From: a virus
Reading direction: 5' to 3' (one strand)
Virus record (IMG/VR): IMGVR_UViG_3300044733_003647
Location: 64,001 to 128,000 of that record
DNA length: 64,000 nt
The position numbers and the translations under genes were made by a program. The notes beneath the pieces are model-generated. The model had not been told where the DNA came from, searched no databases, and saw only the letters and a list, made by a program, of their open reading frames with translations. This document shows positions 51,636-59,579 of the stretch, piece by piece. Numbering within the stretch: the first letter of the stretch is position 1; each line of letters opens with the position of its first letter.

Positions 51636-51648
51636 TAAGGAGTATATT

Positions 51649-52323
51649 ATGAAATTATCGAGTGAGACACTAACAGTGTTGAAAAACTTTGCTGGCATTA
51701 ATTCCGGCATTGAATTTAAAACAGGCAATAAGATTGCAACCATTTCGTCAACTAAAACGGTTCTTGCAAAAGCAACCTTACCTGATGAGTTCCCACAAGA
51801 CTTTTGCATCTATGATCTGAATCAATTTTTGTCGGTGTTCTCTCTGAACAAAGATACTGAATTGGATTTCGACACACAACACGTGATCTTTAAATCTGGT
51901 CGCAGCAAAACAAAATATCGTACTACTGTAAAGACGATGATCGTTTCTCCTCCAGATAAAGAACTGAAACTACCAACAGTCGATGGTGAGTTTGTGTTGA
52001 AAGATGAAGACTTGGCCCAGGCATTGAAGAATGCTGCCGTTCTTGGATCGTCACACATTGCATTTCAATCTGATGGTTCTAAAGTTGTCGTTTCGACATT
52101 CGATGCCAAGGATGATTCTGCACACACGAACACAATCGAAATCGGCGAGATTAATAATGAAAAAGTTTTTAAGGCAGTTTTTCTTGCTGAAAACTTTAAG
52201 ATGATTCCTGGCACTTACACTGTTGAAGTCTCGTCACAGGGGCTTGCTTCATTCAAGAATGAAAAGGGTGATCTGCAATATTGGATTGCCATCGAAGCCA
52301 AAGAATCTAAATTCGGAGAATAA
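51649..52323 (+). CDS. gp45: Sliding clamp gp45
   Basis: MKLSSETLTVLKNFA.IN...F.IYDLNQFL...YWIAIE. Confidence 0.93.
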   Translation: MKLSSETLTVLKNFAGINSGIEFKTGNKIATISSTKTVLAKATLPDEFPQDFCIYDLNQFLSVFSLNKDTELDFDTQHVIFKSGRSKTKYRTTVKTMIVSPPDKELKLPTVDGEFVLKDEDLAQALKNAAVLGSSHIAFQSDGSKVVVSTFDAKDDSAHTNTIEIGEINNEKVFKAVFLAENFKMIPGTYTVEVSSQGLASFKNEKGDLQYWIAIEAKESKFGE

Positions 52324-52324
52324 C

Positions 52325-52522
52325 ATGTTGATTTATTTTACTGATGCAATGTCTAAAAAACCAATTGCAATTAATCCTGAACATGTTATTGCTGTATTGG
52401 AATCTCCAAATACGGAAGAAGTTCCGGGAAACACTGTCGTCAACTTGATCACAGGCACTGTTGCTCTAGAACAAATGATGTTGGATGTTGTTGGATTGAT
52501 TAATGGAGAACTTAACAAATGA
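52325..52522 (+). CDS. Hypothetical protein
   Basis: 65-aa ORF with IAINPEHVIAV motif; GGAG SD. Confidence 0.6.
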   Translation: MLIYFTDAMSKKPIAINPEHVIAVLESPNTEEVPGNTVVNLITGTVALEQMMLDVVGLINGELNK

Positions 52523-52794
52523 CTAAAGTGAATACACTATTTGGTTCTTATGATGAAGAACAACTTAAAAAATTGAAAGGTTATGTTGATGAGATGGTTC
52601 TACACATGAACCGCAATCAATCGAATAATGAGGCAATCAAAGATATCGTTGATGCTGCCAATGATGAGTTGAAAGTTCCTAAAAAGATTGTTAAACGCAT
52701 GGCAAAAACCCAGTTCAAACAATCTTTCCACACAGAGGTTGCCGAATCTAAAGAATTTGAAGCCCTTTTCGAATCGATGTTGGATGTAAAATGA
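52519..52794 (+). CDS. DsbA-like dsDNA-binding protein
   Basis: LKGYVDE...EAIKDI...ELKVPKK.VKRMAK..FKQ.F. Confidence 0.65.
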   Translation: MTKVNTLFGSYDEEQLKKLKGYVDEMVLHMNRNQSNNEAIKDIVDAANDELKVPKKIVKRMAKTQFKQSFHTEVAESKEFEALFESMLDVK

Positions 52795-53138
52795 ATCCGG
52801 CCAGCAGAAGAAATTTTGCAAAAGGCCTGGGATTAACAGGCCTTTTTTTGGCTGGCGTTGCAGGTTACAAAGAAGTCCAAGAACGTATTGTTTATAAACA
52901 AGATGAGTTGCCAACCAAAGAGTTGGAAAAACAACTTGAAAAGAAACCTGTGTTGCAACTTCAAGCAACATATGGTGAAGAATTGCCACCACAACAGAGT
53001 ATTTATGGAAATTATTTTCTTGTTGGTATGGGACCAAATTATAAACCTGGAACAGAGAAACATGTTTCGGTGAATATTGCACCAGGTCCTGATGGTAAAC
53101 TTTACGTCAAAGAGAATGACACCTGGCGTAAAATCTGA
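52791..53138 (+). CDS. Hypothetical protein with twin-arginine-like N-terminus
   Basis: SRRNFAK followed by hydrophobic GLGLTGLFLAGVAG. Confidence 0.6.
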   Translation: MNPASRRNFAKGLGLTGLFLAGVAGYKEVQERIVYKQDELPTKELEKQLEKKPVLQLQATYGEELPPQQSIYGNYFLVGMGPNYKPGTEKHVSVNIAPGPDGKLYVKENDTWRKI

Positions 53139-53170
53139 TACAATGTTATTTTATATTATGGAGAATTTGA

Positions 53171-54106
53171 ATGAACGAACACATGTTGTGGGTGGAGAAG
53201 TATCGTCCTAAGACCATCGAGGAATGTATTCTTCCTGATGCACTCAAAAAGACATTTCAGGACTTTGTAAATCAGAAGAAGATTCCCAACCTTCTTTTGT
53301 CAGGCACCGCAGGTGTCGGTAAAACCACCGTTGCAAGAGCCCTCTGTGAAGAGATTGGATGCGATTACATCATCATCAACGGTTCTGATGAGTCTGGTAT
53401 CGATGTTCTGCGGAACAAAATCAAGAACTATGCGTCCTCAATGTCCTTATCTGGTGGACGCAAAGTTGTTATTCTAGACGAAGCGGACTATCTAAATCCA
53501 AATTCGACGCAACCTGCGCTGCGTGGTGCAATCGAAGAGTTTGCTTCTAACTGCTCGTTTATCTTTACTTGCAATTACAAGAATCGGATTATCGATCCTA
53601 TTCATTCTCGTTGCACAGTAATCGACTTTAAAGCTAATGGCAGCAAAGCCAAGATGGCATCACAGTTCTTTAAACGTGTTGAAAATATCCTTCAGACTGA
53701 AGATATCACTTACGAAAAAGAAGTTGTTGCATCCGTTATCACTAAACACTTTCCAGACAATCGTAGAATTCTGAACGAACTTCAGAGATATGCTGCTGGC
53801 GGTACTATCGATAAAGGTATTCTGGCATCAGTTTCTGAAATTCGTATTACTGAACTTATCACTGCACTCAAAGACAAAGACTTTGCATCGTGCCGTAAGT
53901 GGGTCACAAACAACCTGGACAATGATCCGACACGCATTTTCAGAAACATCTATGATGGTTTGTATGGTGTTCTAGAAGCAAACTCTGTGCCACAGATGGT
54001 TGTGATTCTGGCGAAATACCAATATCAAGCCGCATTTGTTGCAGACCATGAGATTAATCTGATCGCATGTCTGACTGAAATCATGGTTGAGTGTCAGTTC
54101 AAATGA
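53171..54106 (+). CDS. gp44: Clamp loader large subunit gp44
   Basis: LWVEKYRP, GTAGVGKTT, ILDEAD, SRC. Confidence 0.96.
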   Translation: MNEHMLWVEKYRPKTIEECILPDALKKTFQDFVNQKKIPNLLLSGTAGVGKTTVARALCEEIGCDYIIINGSDESGIDVLRNKIKNYASSMSLSGGRKVVILDEADYLNPNSTQPALRGAIEEFASNCSFIFTCNYKNRIIDPIHSRCTVIDFKANGSKAKMASQFFKRVENILQTEDITYEKEVVASVITKHFPDNRRILNELQRYAAGGTIDKGILASVSEIRITELITALKDKDFASCRKWVTNNLDNDPTRIFRNIYDGLYGVLEANSVPQMVVILAKYQYQAAFVADHEINLIACLTEIMVECQFK

Positions 54107-54471
54107 GTCCGTTCGATTATGTGGATCTGATTCTTCAAAAGAAGAAGGCAGAAGATGAACTGGATTTCAAGGATTACGCACCCTTTATTGTTAATCGGTC
54201 TTTGTCATATCATCTAGATTGCGTACTGTATGCAAGTGAAATGAATCTTTGGCCAGGTATCGACAAAGACATGCAATACCAGTATTTTCTAAATAACATT
54301 AGACCCATGAAGCGCAAGTTCGCTCCGTGGCAAAAGTCTAAAAAAGATGAGAATATTGATTGCGTAAAAACCTACTTTGGGTATTCGAATCAAAAAGCCA
54401 AAGAGGCTTTGCGTATTCTCACCGATGAACAAATCTCTGAAATAAGAATAAAAACAGATAAGGGTGGGTGA
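54103..54471 (+). CDS. gp62: Clamp loader small subunit gp62
   Basis: Y.PFIVNRSLS...MN...QY.YFLN.IR..KRF..W.K...YFGYS..KA. Confidence 0.9.
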   Translation: MSPFDYVDLILQKKKAEDELDFKDYAPFIVNRSLSYHLDCVLYASEMNLWPGIDKDMQYQYFLNNIRPMKRKFAPWQKSKKDENIDCVKTYFGYSNQKAKEALRILTDEQISEIRIKTDKGG

Positions 54472-54472
54472 A

Positions 54473-54880
54473 ATGAATGACGTTAGGAATTTGGTAGAAG
54501 TAACTTTAAAAGAAAAAGATGATTTTCTAAAGGTGCGTGAAACACTTACCCGTATCGGTGTTGCATCTAAAAAAGACAAAACTCTTTATCAATCTTGCCA
54601 CATTCTGCACAAACGTGGGCAGTACTATGTGGTACATTTCAAAGAATTATTTGCTCTAGACGGAAAAGAAACCGATATTACCGACAATGACCTATCTCGC
54701 AGAAATGCGATTGTTAACTTGTTGGAAGATTGGGGTCTTTTAAAAATTGTCAACAAAGAGCAAACAAAAACTCCAGAACCTATCTTCCTTTCTCAGGTGA
54801 AGATCATTTCACATAAAGAAAAAGATGAGTGGCAACTGGTACCGAAATACAATATCGGTAAACGTTCAAATAATTCTTGA
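54473..54880 (+). CDS. regA: Translational repressor RegA
   Basis: DDFLKVRETLTRIGVAS...LYQSCHILHKRG.YY.VHFKELF.LDG. Confidence 0.96.
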   Translation: MNDVRNLVEVTLKEKDDFLKVRETLTRIGVASKKDKTLYQSCHILHKRGQYYVVHFKELFALDGKETDITDNDLSRRNAIVNLLEDWGLLKIVNKEQTKTPEPIFLSQVKIISHKEKDEWQLVPKYNIGKRSNNS

Positions 54881-54905
54881 CATCCAATATAAATAATTGT
54901 ATAAT
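54877..54905 (+). promoter_or_regulatory. Sigma70 promoter with nested T4 late promoter
   Basis: TTGACA-N17-TATAAT with TATAAATA (54888-54895) in the spacer. Confidence 0.8.
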
Positions 54906-54910
54906 CCTAG

Positions 54911-55095
54911 TCCCATCGGGATGGGAAACTACCATGCCTGTGAAGGGTAGTAAAAGAACCACAGGTGCCAATTCTGCCCACCTTAGGGCCTGTTTGTCGC
55001 TACGGTAAAAGGCGTCCGTGTAATTACACCTCTGACACGAAAGTTCAGACCAGTATAAGGTAAGCTGGATTAACCGCAACGCCTTCGGGGTTGCA
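54911..55095 (+). ncRNA. Putative structured leader RNA upstream of hsp20
   Basis: Several hairpins plus two loop complementarities (CCTGTG/CACAGG; ACCTTA/TAAGGT). Confidence 0.55.
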
Positions 55096-55105
55096 ATTTT
55101 TTGTA

Positions 55106-55120
55106 CTCGCTTAATAGGAG
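55106..55120 (+). promoter_or_regulatory. ROSE-like RNA thermometer hairpin occluding the hsp20 SD
   Basis: CTC(G)CT-TAAT-AGGAG, i.e. UCGCU with bulged G opposite the SD. Confidence 0.65.
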
Positions 55121-55126
55121 AACTAT

Positions 55127-55588
55127 ATGACATACGTAAAAGATGTGTTCGGCAAAGACCTTTTCGACTTCCACAAATTTGACCCTTTCGCTGTTGGTTA
55201 CGACAAGATGTTCGATGACCTGCAAGAAATGGCAAAGAATGTGACTAAGGCTATTCCTTCTTATCCCCCATATAACATTCGCCAAGTCAAAGATAACAAA
55301 TGGGTTATCGAACTGGCAGTTGCAGGTTTTGCAAAATCTGATATTGAGGTAACTCTAGAAGGTAATAAATTGGTTATCAAAGGCGCAACACAGGACAATG
55401 AGCCTGAAGAAGGTACATTCCTACACAAAGGCATTGCTACTCGCAATTTCACCCGCGAATTCAAACTTGCGGACAAAATCGAAATTGAAAATGCGGAACT
55501 TACCAATGGTATGTTAAAGATTTGGTTGGAAAACCTAGTCAAAACACAAGACATGGTCAAGAAAATTTCCGTGAAAAGTAAAGAATAA
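55127..55588 (+). CDS. hsp20: Small heat-shock protein Hsp20/IbpA family
   Basis: YPPYNI...IELAVAGF...FLHKGIATRNF.R.F.LA...A.L.NGML.I.L. Confidence 0.95.
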   Translation: MTYVKDVFGKDLFDFHKFDPFAVGYDKMFDDLQEMAKNVTKAIPSYPPYNIRQVKDNKWVIELAVAGFAKSDIEVTLEGNKLVIKGATQDNEPEEGTFLHKGIATRNFTREFKLADKIEIENAELTNGMLKIWLENLVKTQDMVKKISVKSKE

Positions 55589-55589
55589 A

Positions 55590-55676
55590 ATGATTAGAAA
55601 ATTATTCGAAGCTTTTTTGGAAGCAATTCAAAATCTTAAAAAATATAAATCTGGACCAAGTATAAAAGGTAGTTAA
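55590..55676 (+). CDS. Small hypothetical peptide (28 aa)
   Basis: MIRKLFEAFLEAIQNLKKYKSGPSIKGS starts 1 nt after the hsp20 stop. Confidence 0.35.
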   Translation: MIRKLFEAFLEAIQNLKKYKSGPSIKGS

Positions 55677-55690
55677 TACCAAAACCAAAT

Positions 55691-55726
55691 GGAGGGCTTG
55701 ACAGGCCCTCCACTTTATTGTATAAT
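55691..55726 (+). promoter_or_regulatory. Sigma70 promoter whose -35 sits in a hairpin loop
   Basis: GGAGGGC-TTGACAG-GCCCTCC; TTGACA-N17-TATAAT. Confidence 0.75.
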
Positions 55727-55732
55727 TTTATT

Positions 55733-55930
55733 ATGAAAACGCAAAAAAAATCTATTCTCAAAAAAGTCCGTGTGAAAATCTCAAATGAGGAGTTCTACAC
55801 GTTCTCTGATTGGCCATCAAAGGAAATTGATGGTGTGGAATTTATTGCCGTGAATAAACGTCTTCCAGCAGGTAATCAAACACAACTAATCCATTGGTTG
55901 CGTAAAGATAGCGTAGAATATATCAAATAA
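55733..55930 (+). CDS. Hypothetical protein
   Basis: 65-aa ORF whose ATG lies about 7 nt after the -10 box (possibly leaderless). Confidence 0.6.
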   Translation: MKTQKKSILKKVRVKISNEEFYTFSDWPSKEIDGVEFIAVNKRLPAGNQTQLIHWLRKDSVEYIK

Positions 55931-55935
55931 TATTT

Positions 55936-56011
<76 letters not shown>

Positions 56012-56029
56012 TTTTAAAAAAGGAAAAAC

Positions 56030-56479
56030 ATGTCTACCACAATAAAAAACTTAGAGAGTGCATTGGCTGGTGAGTCAATGGCACATATTAAATATCGCTA
56101 TTTCGCCAAGATTGCCCAAGATGAAGGTTTTGAGGACATTGCTAAACATTTTTGGCATACCGCAGACCAAGAACTTCTACATGCATGGGGTCACCTTGAG
56201 TTGTTGATTGGTAAGCCTTCCACTAAAGAATGTTTGGAGAAAGCAATTGAAGGTGAAACGTATGAATTCACCACAATGTATCCAGATTTTCAACGTGCAG
56301 CTGAACTTGAAGGTGATCTTACCGCCTCAATGGAAGCAAAAGTACAAATTGAAGAATCTAAAGAACACGCCGAACAATTTAAAAAGGTTCTTGAATTGGC
56401 AGAGAAACGTTTCGCTGCACTTGCTAAGGTCGAGAAACGCCACGCAGAAGCATATCAACAAAAACTAGGAGAACTATAA
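56030..56479 (+). CDS. Rubrerythrin (ferritin-like domain)
   Basis: NLESALAGESMA..KY..FA..A..EG...QE..HA...GETYE...MYP.F...ES.EH. Confidence 0.9.
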   Translation: MSTTIKNLESALAGESMAHIKYRYFAKIAQDEGFEDIAKHFWHTADQELLHAWGHLELLIGKPSTKECLEKAIEGETYEFTTMYPDFQRAAELEGDLTASMEAKVQIEESKEHAEQFKKVLELAEKRFAALAKVEKRHAEAYQQKLGEL

Positions 56480-56610
56480 TGAGTGAGAAAGTATATGTTT
56501 GTATCGTTTGTGGTCACACATTGTCTGAAGCAGATTATTTGAGTCTGCCAGATTCAGTTAATTGTCCCGAGTGTGGTGTTTCTAAAGAAGATTATGTTTT
56601 GATGGAGTAA
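56479..56610 (+). CDS. Rubredoxin-like protein (not in ORF track)
   Basis: MSEKVYVCIVCGH...LPDSVNCPECGVSKEDY with two CxxC motifs; TAATG coupling. Confidence 0.85.
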   Translation: MSEKVYVCIVCGHTLSEADYLSLPDSVNCPECGVSKEDYVLME

Positions 56611-56613
56611 TTT

Positions 56614-57024
56614 ATGGACTGCATGGTTATTGGTGATAGCATTGCGGTTGGTACAGCAATGTACCGACCAGAATGTGTTAGTTATTCGCGTGGTGGTTGG
56701 AATACTTGGCAGTGGAATAGAGATTATCTTTCTATGGCATCAAGTAAATCTTATAAGACAGTGATTATTAGTTTGGGTGCTAATGACCATGCAGGCGTAA
56801 AAACTGAGCAAGAACTCCGCAAAATGCGTCAAAACATTAAAGCGGATAGAGTTTTTTGGATTAGTCCAGGTATGGAACGCAAGCCTGTACCTCAAACTGC
56901 AATCGAAAAAATTGCAAAAGAATATGGTGATTTTGTTTTACCTAGACCTAAAGATCATATGAGTACTGATGGAATTCATCCTACAGGTAAAGGTTATAAA
57001 ATTCTGGCAGAACAATCTAGATGA
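56614..57024 (+). CDS. SGNH/GDSL hydrolase-like protein
   Basis: IGDSIA, SLGAND, DGIHP. Confidence 0.8.
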   Translation: MDCMVIGDSIAVGTAMYRPECVSYSRGGWNTWQWNRDYLSMASSKSYKTVIISLGANDHAGVKTEQELRKMRQNIKADRVFWISPGMERKPVPQTAIEKIAKEYGDFVLPRPKDHMSTDGIHPTGKGYKILAEQSR

Positions 57025-57036
57025 ATACGAAGTTCC

Positions 57037-57531
57037 TTAAGTTTTTGTAAAGATTAGCCACATAAATTTAATAAAGGCAATTAAAATAAACAATCCAATC
57101 AAAGAAACAACTATGGTTAAAAAATCTTCTGCCATTTGTTCTCTTTGTTTGGCTTTTGCTTTTATCATTTCCCTTTCAGCAGCATTTCTCTCTTTGATTA
57201 GGCGTGTTCGTTCGCGGAGCATGTCTTCCCAAACATCTCCGTTGCCACTGTATATCAACAGTTCTTTAAGTTCTTTTTCGGCATCTCTGAGTCTTTTCGA
57301 ATTCATTGCAAGTTCTAAAGCTACAGCACCTAATTCACTGTCACTTTTACCAACATTTTTTGCTTTCAGTTTAACTGAAGCTGAATGTACCGTATCGGAT
57401 GAATTGAAAAATTTTATAAACTCACCGGTTAAAGAATGAATATCTTTACCTAGAGCCATTGCTTTTTTGATATTATTAACTGACGATTGAGCCACACTAA
57501 AAGCGATGCCGATTGTTACAGGATCAATCAT
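57037..57531 (-). CDS. Hypothetical membrane-anchored protein
   Basis: MIDPVTI N-terminus, coiled coil, C-terminal TM helix; the only clear minus-strand gene. Confidence 0.7.
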   Translation of the reverse strand: MIDPVTIGIAFSVAQSSVNNIKKAMALGKDIHSLTGEFIKFFNSSDTVHSASVKLKAKNVGKSDSELGAVALELAMNSKRLRDAEKELKELLIYSGNGDVWEDMLRERTRLIKERNAAEREMIKAKAKQREQMAEDFLTIVVSLIGLFILIAFIKFMWLIFTKT

Positions 57532-57551
57532 ATAATTATTTAGGATGTGAA

Positions 57552-58067
57552 ATGAAAGAAAAATTTATTAATGCATATATGAAAACGGCCGAGGTGTTCG
57601 CAGAACTATCCTCGGCTCGTAGACTCCATGTCGGTGCGATTGTTGTAAAAGATGATCGCATCATTTCAATTGGTTATAATGGTACTCCTTCTGGTTGGGA
57701 TAACAACTGTGAAGATAAAGAGTATATGGACCAAGGAGCTGGTGGTTGGCTCAGTCCAGAAGAAATTGAACATTCATGGCCAAACCTAGAACAACAACTT
57801 CCAAAAGAATCCAATATTTGGAAAAGATATAAGTTAACAACCAAACCTGAGGTACTTCATGCTGAAACAAATGCAATTGCAAAGTTGGCTAAAAATGGCG
57901 CTTCTTCTAATGGTGCTGTATTGTTTGTTACTCACGCTCCTTGTTTGGATTGCGCCAAGCTTGTATATCAAAGTGGCATCAATTCTGTGTATTATCGCAA
58001 CAGTTATCGTAGTGAAAGTGGCATTCAATTCTTGGAGAAAGCTGGAGTTAAAGTAGAGAAAATTTAG
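57552..58067 (+). CDS. dCMP deaminase
   Basis: VGAIVVKD.RIIS.GYNG, HAE.NAI, PCLDC. Confidence 0.92.
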   Translation: MKEKFINAYMKTAEVFAELSSARRLHVGAIVVKDDRIISIGYNGTPSGWDNNCEDKEYMDQGAGGWLSPEEIEHSWPNLEQQLPKESNIWKRYKLTTKPEVLHAETNAIAKLAKNGASSNGAVLFVTHAPCLDCAKLVYQSGINSVYYRNSYRSESGIQFLEKAGVKVEKI

Positions 58068-58115
58068 TTGATAAATATATGTGGGTAATAGTGTCTCAAA
58101 AATGGAGATTCTTTG

Positions 58116-58622
58116 ATGCAGGTACGTATACTTAACTGTCCAGATAAAGACTTCAGACCTTTCGTTGAGAGAGCTGCCGTTTTTTACGCCAAAGAACTTA
58201 TACCAAATACCAGAATTCGAAATAATTGCCTAACAGAAATACATTTCGATACTAAATTAGATGATTATGGCTTCGCAAGTGTAGAAGATTACAATAGCAG
58301 AAAACAACCTAGACATTTTATTATCGAAATCAATCCACTTATTGGTTCCAGAAGAATACTTGAAACACTTGCACATGAAATGGTACACGTGAAACAGTAC
58401 ATTTTTGGTGAAACCAATGATACATTAACCAAATGGCGTAATAAAAAATTAGATCCTGATAAAATAGATTATTGGGTACAGCCTTGGGAAATAGATGCGT
58501 ATGGCAGAGAAACAGGTTTATTAACCAAGTTTGCGATATCAGAACTTCTATGGGAAGTATTTGACGACTTTGTTGACCCTTCTGGCCCAATACAAGAAAA
58601 ACCAATTGCCTGGAAAAGATAA
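58116..58622 (+). CDS. Putative zinc metallopeptidase
   Basis: TLAHEMVHVKQ (HExxH)...QPWEIDA. Confidence 0.75.
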   Translation: MQVRILNCPDKDFRPFVERAAVFYAKELIPNTRIRNNCLTEIHFDTKLDDYGFASVEDYNSRKQPRHFIIEINPLIGSRRILETLAHEMVHVKQYIFGETNDTLTKWRNKKLDPDKIDYWVQPWEIDAYGRETGLLTKFAISELLWEVFDDFVDPSGPIQEKPIAWKR

Positions 58623-59167
58623 TGTCACACAAAGCACAATTAAATTTTGTTAATCGATTAAAAGAAAATAAACCTAATTTTTTTAATAATGCAAAAATTA
58701 TTGAAATTGGAAGTTTGGATATTAATGGAACAATTAGAAGTTTTTTTGAAAATTGTGATTATGTTGGTGTCGATGTTGGGCCGGGAAAAGGAGTCGATTT
58801 GGTTTGTGAAGGTCAAAAAGTAGATCATCCAGACAACACTTATGATGTTTCTTGTTCTTGTAATTGTTTCGAACATAATCCATATTGGGTTGAAACATTT
58901 AGAAATATGTTTAGATTAACAAAAAGTGGTGGACTAATTTTTGTTTCTGTTCCTACCACGGGAAGACCGCCTCATGGTACACATGAAATTTCTCCGGAAG
59001 ATAGTCCATTAACAATAAGCATTGGTTGGAATTACTATAAAAATTTAACCGAAAAAGACTTTACTGATAATTTTAATTTAAATGAAATGTTTAGTGAATT
59101 TAAATTTGAAGAATACCATGAAGAAAATAGTGAACATGATTTATACTTTTTTGGTATTAAAAAATAA
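58622..59167 (+). CDS. SAM-dependent methyltransferase (type 11-like)
   Basis: IIEIGS.DING, YVGVD...GVD, FEH.P.W, GGLI. Confidence 0.8.
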   Translation: MSHKAQLNFVNRLKENKPNFFNNAKIIEIGSLDINGTIRSFFENCDYVGVDVGPGKGVDLVCEGQKVDHPDNTYDVSCSCNCFEHNPYWVETFRNMFRLTKSGGLIFVSVPTTGRPPHGTHEISPEDSPLTISIGWNYYKNLTEKDFTDNFNLNEMFSEFKFEEYHEENSEHDLYFFGIKK

Positions 59168-59181
59168 TTTTTAAAAACCGC

Positions 59182-59210
59182 TTGACAAACAAACAAAACG
59201 CCTATATAAT
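59182..59210 (+). promoter_or_regulatory. Sigma70-consensus promoter driving the leader/attenuator
   Basis: TTGACA-N17-TATAAT. Confidence 0.85.
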
Positions 59211-59241
59211 ACAAACATTGTTAAATTTTTTAGGAAGAATC

Positions 59242-59346
59242 GTGTCTCTCATACATAAACCCTTTAGTTTGCAGCCAGAGTATCGCACAATTAATTGTGC
59301 CGATGCGTCATGGCCGACCGGGTTTTGTGTAGAAAAGGATTGTTAA
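59242..59346 (+). CDS. 34-aa putative attenuator leader peptide MSLIHKPFSLQPEYRTINCADASWPTGFCVEKDC
   Basis: AGGA SD at 59232, GTG start, TAA stop; all 20 amino acids; first 27 codons all distinct. Confidence 0.7.
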   Translation: MSLIHKPFSLQPEYRTINCADASWPTGFCVEKDC

Positions 59347-59383
59347 GAACTAAGTTCTAAAAAAGACTCCAAACACAAGACCC
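59320..59383 (+). promoter_or_regulatory. Antiterminator helix
   Basis: GGGTTTTGTGT (59320-59330) pairs 11/11 (one G-U) with ACACAAGACCC (59373-59383), overlapping the terminator 5' arm. Confidence 0.7.
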
Positions 59384-59410
59384 TTAGACTAAAACTCTAA
59401 GGGTTTTTTG
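59380..59410 (+). terminator. Intrinsic terminator (attenuator)
   Basis: ACCCTTAGA-CTAAAAC-TCTAAGGGT-TTTTT. Confidence 0.85.
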
Positions 59411-59415
59411 TTTGG

Positions 59416-59487
59416 TGTTGCGATAAAACAACACACTGGTTGACAGGTCATTGAATCTGTCATACAATACACTTTGTTCTTTAAAAA
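59416..59487 (+). promoter_or_regulatory. tRNA-array promoter 1 with upstream inverted repeat and boxA-like element
   Basis: TGTTG-N8-CAACA-N6-TTGACA-N17-TACAAT, then TGTTCTTTAAAAA (59475-59487). Confidence 0.75.
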
Positions 59488-59505
59488 TTTATAGAGTTAT
59501 TTTGA

Positions 59506-59579
59506 TCCCGGATTGTGTAGTGGTAGCACAGCAGACTTTGACTCTGTTAGTATAAGTTCGATTCTTATTCCGGGTGCCA
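59506..59579 (+). tRNA. tRNA-Gln(TTG)
   Basis: GCAGA-CTTTGAC-TCTGT, TTCGA, CCA. Confidence 0.9.

Noticed and set aside
11639-54579. Many minus-strand and alternate-frame ORFs in the track (e.g. 19652-20032, 39496-39885, 50392-50943, 51231-51809)
   Set aside because: They are shadows of well-supported + strand genes, with no motifs or ribosome-binding sites.
54804-55285. Minus-strand ORFs across the hsp20 leader
   Set aside because: They overlap regA or hsp20 and are better explained by GC-rich structured RNA.
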